Source: Octopus vulgaris
Lineage: Eukaryota
Direction of reading: 5' to 3'
Assembly: GCA_951406725.2 (NCBI GenBank)
Contig: OX597825.1
Coordinates: 70,866,001 to 70,930,000, forward strand
Length of the DNA stretch: 64,000 nucleotides
In this document: positions 1 to 11,090 of the stretch, one piece after another
How positions within the stretch are numbered: the stretch's first letter is position 1
How the letters are laid out: each line of letters begins with the position of its first letter
The notes under the pieces: model-generated
Seen by the model: only the letters and a program-made list of their open reading frames with translations
Database searches by the model: none
Told to the model about the DNA's origin: nothing
Position numbers and translations under genes: made by a program

Positions 1-114
1 GTCAGCCCAAAGCCATAGTAGAAGACACTTGCCCAAAGTGCCACATAGTGGGACTGAACCCAGAACCATGTGGTTGGGAAGCAAGCTTCTTACCACGCAG
101 CCATGTCTGCACCT
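1..114 (-). mobile_element. SINE family A (tRNA-derived, ~400 bp), 5' head fragment
   Basis: Matches reverse complement of the family head ggctgtgtggtaag...ccaaccacatggttccgggttcagtcccactgcgtggcaccttgggcaagtgtcttctactatag seen in about 20 copies in this window. Confidence 0.85.
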
Positions 115-849
115 AAATTTAAAATTATTAGGAGGTGTATAAAAATTGTAAAATCATTTTATGTATTGTGGATATATAACCAAATTATTGAGCATAAACT
201 GATCTGAAGCACATTTTTTTCAGAGTCCCTGAAAAATTACAGTTGACTCCCAATTTACTATATTGTATTCGTGAACCCCAAAAAGTCTTTATGGACCCGA
301 ACTGAGAACCCCTGGTTTAGGCTAATGTTGGAGAACTACAACACTTACAATTACAATAGTTGTTTGGAGGTTTTGAACCTACTTTAGAGACTTGAGTCTT
401 GTGGATTTGTGTTAATTATTGCCAACACAAGTATTATGTATGTATATGGTATACAAGAGCACAGTTCTGTTGTGTTACAAATCAGCTCTTCAAATCCCAT
501 TGTCTTATGTCCTTGAACAAAGGTATAACTTTACTTAACAGTATGCTTTGCTGTATATAAACAAAATAGCTCAACACAATATAACTACAATATAAAAAAA
601 ACAAACATTGTGGCTGAAAACTGAAGTAGCTGTTTTTTTTTTGTTTTTGTTTATTTAAGTTTATATTAAAAGTTGTTGTTTGTAAAAATACATACAGGTA
701 CCTATTTTGTACAGTAAACAGCGTCATATGCCTACATTGAGAGGAACAAATGGGTGTCAGCAATGATGTCGCAACATGGTCACAAGATTTGCTACAAACA
801 GCAGCAAATTCTTTATCAAATCATACCCTGTTGTTTTAAATAAAAGACA

Positions 850-1652
850 CAGCCAGCTAACTTAAGACTGATCCAGCCAGTCAACTTAGGATTGGTCCAG
901 TCAGCTAACATATAACCTATCCAGTGTTCTAACTAAAGACTGATCCAGTAAGTTAGCCTAGGACTAACCCAACAAGTTAACCTAGGACTATTCCAGCCAG
1001 TCAACTTAGGATTGATCCAGTCAGCTAACATATAACCTATCCAGTGTTCTAACTAAAGACTGATCCAGTAAGTTAGCCTAGGACTAACCCAACAAGTTAA
1101 CCTAGGACTATTCCAGCCAGTTAACTTAGGATTGATCCAGTCAGCTAACATATAACCTATCCAGTGTTCTAACTAAAGACTGATCCAGTAAGTTAGCCTA
1201 GGACTAACCCAACAAGTTAACCTAGGACTATTCCAGCCAGTCAACTTAGGATTGATCCAGTCAGCTAACATATAACCTATCCAGTGTTCTAACTAAAGAC
1301 TGATCCAGTAAGTTAGCCTAGGACTAACCCAACAAGTTAACTTAGGACTATTCCAGCCAGTTAACTTAGGATTGATCCAGTCAGCTAACATATAACCTAT
1401 CCAGTGTTCTAACTAAAGACTGATCCAGTAAGTTAGCCCAGGACTAACCCAACAAGTTAACCTAGGACTATTCCAGCCAGTTAACTTAGGATTGATCCAG
1501 TCAGCTAACATATAACCTATCCAGTGTTCTAACTAAAGACTGATCCAGTAAGTTAGCCTAGGACTAACCCAACAAGTTAACCTAGGACTATTCCAGCCAG
1601 TTACCTAAGGACTGGTCTGGCCAGCTAACTTAAGACTGATCCACCCAGTTAA
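850..1652. repeat. Minisatellite: ~6 copies of a 120-bp unit built from five diverged 24-bp monomers
   Basis: Lines 901/1021/1141/1261/1381/1501 are near-identical. Monomers: ccagtcagctaacatataacctat, ccagtgttctaactaaagactgat, ccagtaagttagcctaggactaac, ccaacaagttaacctaggactatt, ccagccagtcaacttaggattgat. Confidence 0.97.
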
Positions 1653-4317
1653 TTTATGAATAATCTAACCAATAAAAACACTAATGAAATACATAATGGA
1701 TCACAGGATGGTCATGAACATTTTAAAATGGGCAGATTCTGCATCAAAGAACCAGATGTGGCATCAGGCTGCTTAGTACTGAAAAGTTTAAACACCAAAA
1801 AACATTTAATGAAATATAGTAGCAGTGATAGTAGTAGGTGAGGGATGATAGTGTTGTTGATAATAGTGGTTGGTGATGATAGTGATGGTGTTGATGATGA
1901 GGGCGGGTGTTGGTAATGGTATTTTGATAATGAAGGTGGTCTAGCTGTGGTGATGGTGGTGGTGGTGGTTTGATGAGGAGGGAGGGTTGAGTTTGTAATG
2001 ATGTTAATACCAACAGGGTGATAATGAAGACAAGTTGATAAGAGGTTGCGATGGTACTGAAGGGGGTGGAGTAAGGAAGTTAGGGAGGGAGACAGAGAAG
2101 GTGGGGAGGGTGCGAGGGGATTATACAAGTGTTGTCTGAATTTACAACAAACTGTATCAAATATGTAAATGAAGCCACAGGCGAGGGATTAGAGTGGATT
2201 AGTTGTAACAGGAGGGTAGGTGGATGAAACAGTGGGTGGGAGTGCATTTATCTAGGTTGATACAACTTTATTTCAGAAGGAAAGAAGAGGAGAGATATGA
2301 GTAATAGAGGGAGGAGGGAGGGGGAGTATTAGTGGAAGAAGAGGGCAGAATGAAAGGAAGAAGAAATTAAATAAACAGGTAGATAGGTAGATATATAGAA
2401 AGGAAGGAAAACAAGGGAAAAAGGAAGAAAAGAAAGAAAAAGAGAAGATTATAAAGGAAGTGAAGCAGTTTATTTTAAGTTGTTGTTTAGCCCTAAGTGA
2501 ACCTTAACTGAGCAGACCTACACTCAATGCCATTCCATCATGACCATTCCACCTATTTTTTTAGGGGTATTTAAGACCACAGCATCTAATGTGACTTTTT
2601 TTTTTTTTTTTTCAAGATGACAAGGTACACTTTGGGGTAGATTCAGCCGCTGTTTCTTGTAAGATTTAAACAACTATGTCAAGGTCCCTTCACTTGGCAA
2701 ACCAACATTTGTTCAAGGTGAAAGAGTAGCTGGTCAGCTGGTCAACTCTCCAACCAAGCCAGTCAACTTTCTGACCAGCCAACTCTCCAGCCAGTAAATT
2801 CTGTGGTTGATCAGCCAGCTAGCTCAGGAGTAACAACAGGTGAAAGATAATAAAATATGAAAAGAAAGAATAGATATACAATTTGCTATCTATTTTCCTT
2901 GCTCTTTTTTTTTCTCTTTTTTCTCAATGGGTAGACAGTGGAGTTTTTGAGAAACTTGGAAATTGTTGCATTGTCTGGAAGGATTGCATTTACAGCTGAA
3001 TACTTTTCTGTCTGCCAACCATTCAAGCATGACAGTCTGGCTGGTTTTGTGGCTCTTCCCTGCCCTTTGGATGCGATGTCAGACAACTACAAACAAAATA
3101 CCCCCCTATTATCTGTTGGCCATTCCCTATCGATGGGGAAAATATAAACAGGACCGAATATAAAATGCGATAATAACAGGAATAAATTGTTTCATGCTTT
3201 GGCACAAGACCAGCAATTTTGAGCAGCTAAGAAGCAAGTCAACTACATCAACCACAGTGCCTGGCTGGTACTTTATTTTATCGACCCCAAAAGGATGAAA
3301 GGAAACGTGTATGGCAGAATTTGAACTCAGAATGTAGAGTTTGTCTCTCAGCCACCAACTTCATTTACAAATACTGAGATAAGAAATATATCGCAAATAT
3401 TAAAGCACCCACAACACTCTCAGAGTGGTTGGCATTAGGAAGGGCTTCAACAAATTCTGTCTAACCCATGCAAGCATGGAAAAGTGGATTTTAAACGATG
3501 ATAAGAAGAGGAAATTTTTGCATCTCTCCATGCCTATGCCCAAGGATGACAGTCCACTGCCTCTCTCATTTCTCCCCACCTCCTTGCTATTCCTCTGGAC
3601 AGTCAAATCTCACTGAATTCAACAAAGCCTGTCACTTAAAAAAAAAAAAGTAAAGAATAAATTGGCCAATATAGTCCTCCTCCTCCTCCTCCCCCTCATC
3701 ATCATCATCGTTTAACGTCTGCTTTCCATGCTAGCATGGGTTGGACGATTTGACTGAGGTCTGGCAAACCAGATGGCTGCACCAGACTCCAATCTGATCT
3801 GGTCCTATAAATGCAAAAAGACTGGATGGTCATGGGCAGAACACTTTTTATGTTAGTTCTGACTGGATAACAACAACAGCAAGGATTTTCAAAATAATAG
3901 GAATCATTTTTGAAAATGTCAGCTTCATATTTATTATTCAGAGAAATGCATAGTAATGAAATTTTTAAAAATGTATATGCTATTTGGAATATTAAATGGC
4001 AGCAGCAGAAACGAAGTCAAAGTGACATTTTTTTCTATTTTTCATTATTATTATTTTCTGAATAAATTCTGCAACTAATTTGCAGTAATTTGAAGTAAGT
4101 ATGTAATTTATAGAGTTACCACATATCAGAATAACAGGCATGTCAGATGAACATGACAACAAGGGAACCGCTACAGAGTTATTCAATTTAGAAATAGCTA
4201 CAGAATCCCTCTCTAATCACACCATGCTGTCATAAGTAAAGAGAGGACACATTAGATCAACATTCCTCCGTTGTATGTTTTAAAGAATCCTTATTTAAAA
4301 ATTATTTTATAACATTA

Positions 4318-4678
4318 CTAGCACTATGACTCGGCATGCAGTGCATGCATGTGCATGCATATACAGCTGCGTGCGTGCACACATACACGTGGGTACTGTT
4401 CAAATCTCTAACCAATCACATACAGCTAGCTGGCATTCAATTGGCGTATCAAGTTTCGGGCATTTTGATTGGGTTTTGGATAGAAAATTCACAAAATAGT
4501 CACTTCTATTGATTTTTTTTAATGTCTTTGCAGAGTGACTGGGAAAATGTAAAGATGTGCACGACAATCTTTGGACGGTTTTAAATGACCATAGAAAGTG
4601 CGAGCTCTCTAACTGAAAAATTGTGGATTTGTATAAAGGACACACACGAAGACATTTTGCCATTTATATATATAGAGA
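4318..4678 (-). mobile_element. Non-autonomous Helitron
   Basis: On the minus strand it starts A|TCTCTATATATAT and ends ...tgccgagtcatagtgCTAG|T: the Helitron 5'-TC / CTAG-3' termini at an A|T target with no TSD. Confidence 0.7.
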
Positions 4679-4682
4679 TTAA

Positions 4683-4902
4683 CCCTTCAGTATTTAAACC
4701 AGCCATATCCAACCAAAATATTCCACTTGTTTTATGTTCAAACTGGCTAGATCTGGTTTCTCACACCTACCCTACAATGTCATTCTAAAAAACTAACAGT
4801 TGCCTCATCAAAATCTCATAGCTACAACATAATACATGTAAATTCAAAACAATGCGAATAAATAAAAATTACTTTTGACAGAATAATGTGAATGCTAAAC
4901 GG
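4683..4902. mobile_element. piggyBac-type MITE
   Basis: TTAA|CCCTTCAGTATT ... AATGCTAAACGG|TTTA: degenerate TIR and TTAA target. A fragment of the same end occurs at ~38789-38822. Confidence 0.65.
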
Positions 4903-5776
4903 TTTATTTTTTGCTTTCTCTTTCATAAATTTGAGTTTTGTAAGAGCTTAAACAAATCTTAAAAACTGTCTTCAAAAGGTAAGACAGTGCTAAATCTATA
5001 AGACACCACAAAGATGGTTTAATAAATTTCATCTTAACCAAAGCCTTGCTTTCACCACAAAGTTCAGTCCTTGTTGTATGATAGTGGCTTGTGTGCTTCA
5101 GTGACCTCAAGAGTTGTGTCAAAAGGGCATAAGATCTTGATAGGGCCTCTCTGGCTGGATAGGTCAAAGAACTGAGGCCAGACTAATATGGACCCCCTCT
5201 TCCTAGTTTTAAAATGGGTTTGCATAGGGTCAATAGTCTTACCTAGAGAAAAAGCAAAGTTAAGAAGTATCAATGATAATTTAAAACTAACAACACCTGA
5301 GACAGGAAGACAATCCAAAATCAAGAACTGTAAAGAAAAATCATTGATGGCCTATAATCCATAGGAAGTAAAGGGCTTAGGTAGTAAAAAAAGTTAAGGA
5401 AAAACTTGTTTAGACCAAACCCTCATCTAATTTCCTGTTAAAAAGTCATTTCTCTTTTCATGCTTCCTTGCAACCCACAGGTGCTAGGATTTCAAATATG
5501 TCATGTGTATATAATATACGCAATATGAAATTACAAATATAGAATTAAACATAAAAATTACTGACAAATACATCTGCATATAATTAGTCCATTTAGCACT
5601 AAATCTTGCAGAACTCCTAGCAACTTCTTGCAGAAGCTTAACTGGGAAGCACTGCATTAGGTTCTGAAATTCAAAACATTTCTAAATGTATGATAATCAC
5701 AGCTGGAATACCTTTCAATGTATGTCTGCTCAATCAGGACCAAAATGGAACCAAACAAAAAAGAACAATAACAATA

Positions 5777-5960
5777 ATCCTTTCTACTGTAGGCACAAGG
5801 GCAGAAATTTGGGGAGAGGGAGCCAGTCGATTAGCTTGACCCCAGTACACAACTGGTACTTAATTTATCGACCCTGAAAGGATGAAAGGCAAAGTCGACC
5901 TCAGCGGAATTTGAACTCAGAACATAGTGACAGGTGAAATACATAAAGCATTTCGTCCAA
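5777..5960 (-). mobile_element. SINE family B (central domain gtcgactttgcctttcatcctttcggggtcgataaattaagtacc)
   Basis: Matches the full-length copy at 53842-54070. Further degenerate copies at ~3190-3335, 17695-17880, 17935-18140, 20331-20500, 22545-22670, 35115-35310, 53275-53450, 61557-61720. Confidence 0.8.
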
Positions 5961-6220
5961 CATCAAAATCTACTCAAGAAGATAACTTTACCATTTTCTT
6001 ATTACCATCAGGAAAACCTCATTTTGAGCACTTGTGTCCACAATCATGAGTTTTTTCAGGCATTAACCAACACGCATAATTGCAGTATTATGGGTTCAGT
6101 TCCTGCAATAGGCAGTGCATCATGTCCTTAAGTAAGGCACTTTATTTGATGCTGCTCTAGTTCACTCAGCTGTAAAGGAGTATTAGCCAAGAGCTGATAC
6201 AACCTCTCTCTTTCGCTCTC

Positions 6221-6306
<86 letters not shown>

Positions 6307-7200
6307 CTTCCAGCTGTCACATCTTGGATGCGTGCTACTGGGTCAAAGTGTGAGGGAGCAAGAAAGTGTCCCACCTCCAACAAAACACAGTAAATTAAAA
6401 AAAACATAACATGAAAATGAGATGAATGCAAGATAAATGAAAAAAATTTATCCTAATTTTTTTCAACTTACTAGGTGTCACGTATAATGATGAAAAGATG
6501 AAATATTTCTAAAGATCATATCTCTAGTATGTATGAGGCATGGTCTAAGGAATTCAAATATCAATTCTCTGACAAAACACAGTAAGTTGCCTTACTGTGT
6601 GTTTTGTCAGAGGGCTGCATTACACAGGTCCCTGAAACAATTAATGAAAGTATGTAACAGCTGGACTGTACCGTAATTATTTATACTCTATGATTTATGA
6701 CTTTAAGAACAGATTCACTTCATAAAATTTATATATTTTATGTGAAGTTCAGAAGCTGGAGAGGGAATAGATATGTGAGTCTGGCGGCGGTAGTGGTGGT
6801 GGTGGTGGTGGTGGGAAGGGGTTGATTGGCATCTGATCTTCAGTGTGTGTGTGTGTGTGTGTGTGTGTTTAAAATTGAATATTGCTTTGACATAAACAAT
6901 CCACTGAAACGAAAATGAAGTTTAAAATATCAATGAGTATTACAAACTATTTTTATAATCAGGAAAAAAAAAAAAAAAGAAAAAGAAAAGAGAAAAAAGT
7001 AAATTGTAATTTCAAGTGCCAGAAGTTTTATCTATCTAACACTGAACTCAAGTGATTAATAAGTAATTAAACAGAATAATTCAATGCCAAAAGAATTCCA
7101 GTTTTAATTGTTCCTGGGTTTACCACTGCTAGAGAAAGTAAATTCAAGGTATAATTTATAAAACATGAAAGTAGCCAGGAGACTACATTAATCTGCCTGG

Positions 7201-7250
<50 letters not shown>

Positions 7251-7257
<7 letters not shown>

Positions 7258-7552
7258 ACCGACCAGGCCATCAGATGTTGCTAAACATCACTAGTCACAA
7301 TGCGCTTCGCATTGTTTTTTAGCCTTCAATGACACCACCCCGCTGGCTAAGCGAGCAGGCCAAGAGAAGAAAGAGTGAGAGAAAGTTGTGGTGAAAGAGT
7401 ACAGCAGGGATCACCACCACCCCCTGCTGGAGCCTCGTGGAGCTTTAGGTGTTTTCGCTCAATAAACGCTCACAACGCCCGGTCTAGGAATCGAAACTGC
7501 GATCCTACAACCGCGAGTCCGCTGCCCTAACCACTGGGGCCATTGCGCCTCC
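7251..7552 (-). mobile_element. tRNA-Arg-derived SINE (OR1/OR2-like octopus SINE)
   Basis: Minus-strand head ggaggcgcaatggccccagtggttagggcagcggacTCGcggttgtaggatcgcagtttcgattcc has A and B boxes and a TCG anticodon remnant. Flanked by (TA)n and (CA)n. Confidence 0.8.
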
Positions 7553-7595
7553 ACACACACACACATACATATATATATATACATATATATATATA

Positions 7596-8751
7596 TCATC
7601 ATCATCATTTAACGTCCGCTTTCCATGCTAGCATGGGTTGGACGGTTCAACTGGGGTCTGGGGAGCCCGAAAGCTGCACCAGTCCAGTTAGATCTGGCAG
7701 TGTTTCTACAGCTGGATGCCCTTCCTAACGCCAACCACTCCGAGAGTGTAGTGGGTGATTTTATGTGCCACCGACACAGGTGCCAGACGAGGCTGGCAAA
7801 CGGCCACGCTCGGATGGTGTTTTTTATGTGCCACCGACACAGGTGCCAGACGAGGCTGGCAGACGGCCACGCTCGGATGGTGTTTTTATGTGCCACCGAC
7901 ACAGGTGCCAGATGAGGCTGGCAAACGGCCACGATCGGAAGGTGCTTGTTACGTGCCCACAGCACGGAGGCAAGTCGATGCGGTACTGGCTACGGCCACG
8001 TTCGGATGGTTTTCTTGTGTGCCACGTGCCACCGGCACTGGTACCACAAAGATACAAATTCCATTGATGTTCATCTATTTTGATTTGTTTTGATTTTGAT
8101 TTTCACTTGCCTCAACAGGTCTTCACAAGTGTCACAAGAAGGAAGGTATGCACAGGTGGACTGACTACGTCCCAGGTAGGGGCCATGGGTTATGGCCTGA
8201 CTAGTCTTGCCGGGTCTTCGGATGGTGTTTGTCATGTGCCCACCGCACTGACTACAGCACTGATGGATTTCTTGTGTGCCACAGGCACTGGTACCACAAG
8301 ATACAAATTCCATTGATGTTCATCTATTTTGTCTATTTTGATTTGATTTGATTTGATTTTTTTTTGATTTTCACTTGCCTCAACCGGTCTTCACAAGTGT
8401 CACAAGAGGGAAGGTATGCACAGGTGGACTGACTAGTCTTGCCGGGTCTTCGGAAGGTGTTTTTATGTGCCACCGACACAGGTGCCAGATGAGGCTGGCC
8501 GGCCCCTACCTGGGACATAGTCAGTCCACCTGTGCATTCCTTCCTTCTTGTGACACTTGTGAAGACCTGTTGAGGCAAGTGAAAATCAAAATCAAAATCA
8601 AAACAAATCAAAATAGATGAACATCAATGGAATCTGTATCTTTGTGGTACCAGTGCCGGTGGCACACAAGAGAACCATCCGAACGTGGCCGTAGCCAGTT
8701 CCGCATCGACCGGCCTCCGTGCTGTGGGCACGTAACAAACACCATCCGATC
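7596..8751. mobile_element. Composite SINE family E cluster (tail ...ccaacccatgctagcatggaaagcggacgttaa(atg)n) with 63-bp internal tandem repeats and an inverted duplication
   Basis: Tail at 7596-7645 (minus). Unit ttttatgtgccaccgacacaggtgccagacgaggctggcaaacggccacgctcggatggtg x3 (7759-7945). 7933-8184 is inverted at 8501-8751. Other family E tails at ~3410-3500, 3697-3803, 9088-9190, 12392-12590, 15110-15210, 20765-20853, 22700-23036, 26260-26418. Confidence 0.8.
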
Positions 8752-8761
8752 ATATATATAC

Positions 8762-8821
<60 letters not shown>

Positions 8822-8824
<3 letters not shown>

Positions 8825-9040
8825 CAGGACGCCATGATAGAGTGTTAGCTCCTACACGCATTTTTTTCTCTCCTTGTTTCTCTCCTTGTTTTTTTTCTGT
8901 GTATCTTTCTGCCGAAGAGCGTAGGCTCGAAACGTAAAAGACTTTTTCTATTTCTATTCCTGAGCGCTATACTAATACATTTGTTTTTTTATACTCCACC
9001 TGCCTTTGTCTTTTGTTTATTTTCATAAACTTTTCCTTCA
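8822..9040 (+). mobile_element. Penelope-like (pLTR-derived) short element inserted in (TA)n
   Basis: Carries ccgaagagcgtaggctcgaaacgtaaaagac (hammerhead-like GAAGAG..CTC-GAAACGT). Related copies at ~15625-15800, 17300-17428 and 43193-43378(-), all abutting (TA)n. Confidence 0.55.
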
Positions 9041-9043
9041 AAA

Positions 9044-9091
<48 letters not shown>

Positions 9092-9520
9092 TCATTGCTG
9101 TTGTAATCGTTTAACATACGCTTTCCATGCTGGCATGGGTTGGAAGATTTGACTGAGGACTGGCAAGCCAGGAGGCTGCACCAGGCTCCAATACATACGC
9201 ACACACACACTCACACACAAATACATACACATATACATACATACATACATGGCCAGCTAATTATTATCATCACTTTCCCATGTTTTATATGGATAAGATG
9301 GAATTTATTGGGACAGATTTTCTGTGGCCAGATGCCCTTCACCTATTTCCAAACAAGGTAAGACTTCCTCCATGGCCAGGCATGTTTTTTTTTCACAGAA
9401 GGCTATAAAACCAGTAGTTCTCAACCAGGGTCCACACAACCTTTGTGGGTCTATGTAAGATTTTGTTTTTAAAATTTAGGGTGCAATAAAATCGATTGTA
9501 CCTCTTCAATTCTTTTGTTA

Positions 9521-9957
9521 TTCTTTTACTTGTTTCAGTCATTTGACTGCAGCCATGCTGGAGCACCACTACCTTGAAGGGTTCTTTTAGTCAAAGAAAT
9601 CAACCCCAGGACTTAAGCCTGGTACTTATTCTAATGGCCTCTTTTGCTGAACTGCTAAGTTACAAGGATATAAACACCAACATCAGTTGTCAAGTAATGG
9701 CGGGAGGACAAACACAGACACAAAGCACACATGCATAAACACACAAGCACATGCATAAACACACATACCACACACACACACACACACACACATACAATGG
9801 GCTTCTTTCGGTTTCTGTCAACCAAATCTACTGACAAGGTTTTGGTCGGCCCAAGGCTATAGTAGAAGATACTTGCCCAAGGTGCCACATAGTGGGACTG
9901 AAACTGGAACCATGTGGTTGGGAAGCAAGCTTCTTACCACACAGCCATACCTGCACC
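9521..9957 (-). mobile_element. SINE family A, near full length
   Basis: Tail ttcttttacttgtttcagtcatttgactgc through head. Interrupts a hAT-MITE end starting ~9412 (cagtagttctcaacc). Confidence 0.85.
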
Positions 9958-10196
9958 AATACACAAAATATATTCACAATCTTTTTCATACAAATCCTAA
10001 TAATATTTAATTATAAAAAGACAATAGGATTTTTTAACCCCCATGACAACAGCTGTTTATCAGGCAACAAGGCCATACCAATGGTAACTGTCTCAGCTGA
10101 AGCCATCAGATGGCAAGATGACACGAGAAAACCATTCATTATTGTGGGAATGAGATCCCTTAAAAGCATATGTAAGTCAGACAAATGACGTATATT

Positions 10197-10452
10197 AAAA
10201 AGGTAAAGTTTTCTTCTGAAGTCATACCAACTCATAAGGGCCAGTTTCCCAGTTATCATGGCATATAAATTCCCCACCTGGATGGGGCACCGGTCCATCA
10301 CAGAATTAATCATTTTTGCCAGCTGAGTGAACTGAAGCAACATGAAATGATGTGTTTTGCTCAAGAACACGTGTCGCCCAGTCCAGGAATTGAAACCACA
10401 ATCTTATAATCATGAGTCCAACATCCAAACCACCAGGCCACAGAACTCCAAG
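10197..10452 (-). mobile_element. SINE (family D-like, degenerate) with target-site duplication
   Basis: Core cagctgagtgaactg...gctcaagaacac. The 12-bp direct repeat atgacgtatatt at 10185-10196 and 10453-10464 flanks it. Confidence 0.7.
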
Positions 10453-10489
10453 ATGACGTATATTGGCTTAACAAAACATCAAACATCAA

Positions 10490-10640
10490 AAATAGATTTT
10501 GGTATGGTAAATCTGAAAACAGGATGTAATACATAATGAGACGTGGCAGTCTGTGCATTAATATATGGTCTCCTTCCTGAAACTGCATTATGCACACAGC
10601 ACATTGTCTTGACACGTTCTTCTTTTTTGAAAGTATGTAC
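10490..10640 (-). pseudogene. Decayed piggyBac transposase C-terminal cysteine-rich domain
   Basis: Minus-strand translation KKKNVSRQCAVC, a frameshift, then RKETIY*CTDCHVSLCITSCFQIYHT. Matches the piggyBac CRD pattern RxCxVC...RKETxYxCxxCxVxLCxxxCFxxYHT. Confidence 0.8.
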
Positions 10641-10791
10641 ACAGCGCTTGAAATTTACATCAACCAATGTCAAGGTATGAAACACTGAATGTTTCATAAG
10701 GGCCCACCTGAGTAAGATAGGAATTAAAGGGGTCAGTCTATAGACAAAAACTGGTTGAGGGCTACTACTGTAAATGAACATTACTGCTTGT

Positions 10792-11090
10792 TCCTTCTCG
10801 AGCCACAACTGACTCATAAGCGCCGGTTTCCCTAGTTTCCTTGGCGTATAGGTTCCCCACCTGGACAGGACACCGGTCCGTCGCAGGTGAGCTGCAAGAT
10901 GCAGGAGGAAAGAGTGAGAGAAAGTTGTGGCAAAATAGTCAGCAGAAGTTCGCCATTACCCTCTGCCGGAGCCGCGTGGAGCTTAGATGTTTCGCTCATA
11001 AACACACACACACATCGCCCGGTCTGAGATATGAACCCGCGATCCTTCGACCGCGAGTCCACTGCTCTAACCACTAGGCCATGTGCTTCC
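10792..11090 (-). mobile_element. tRNA-Arg-derived SINE (OR-like), full length
   Basis: Head ggaagcacatggcctagtggttagagcagtggacTCGcggtc. 14-bp TSD acattactgcttgt / acatcactgcttgt. Confidence 0.88.

Noticed and set aside
850-1652. CRISPR-like regular repeat array
   Set aside because: No unique spacers, units are contiguous, context is eukaryotic, no cas genes
1712-2128. 138-aa Pro/Thr/His-rich ORF
   Set aside because: Derived from low-complexity (GGT/GAT)-rich sequence, no domain
7480-7552. Functional tRNA-Arg genes at SINE heads (also 11020-11090, 13095-13164)
   Set aside because: They continue into SINE bodies with tails and TSDs, and the acceptor stems are broken
7609-8620. Cluster of overlapping 77-118 aa ORFs with repeated peptides
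   Set aside because: They arise from GC-richer SINE tandem units and their inverted copy
10361-10642. RING-H2 E3 ligase-like ORF
   Set aside because: Later His/Cys ligands are missing, and a frameshifted reading fits the piggyBac Cys-rich domain much better
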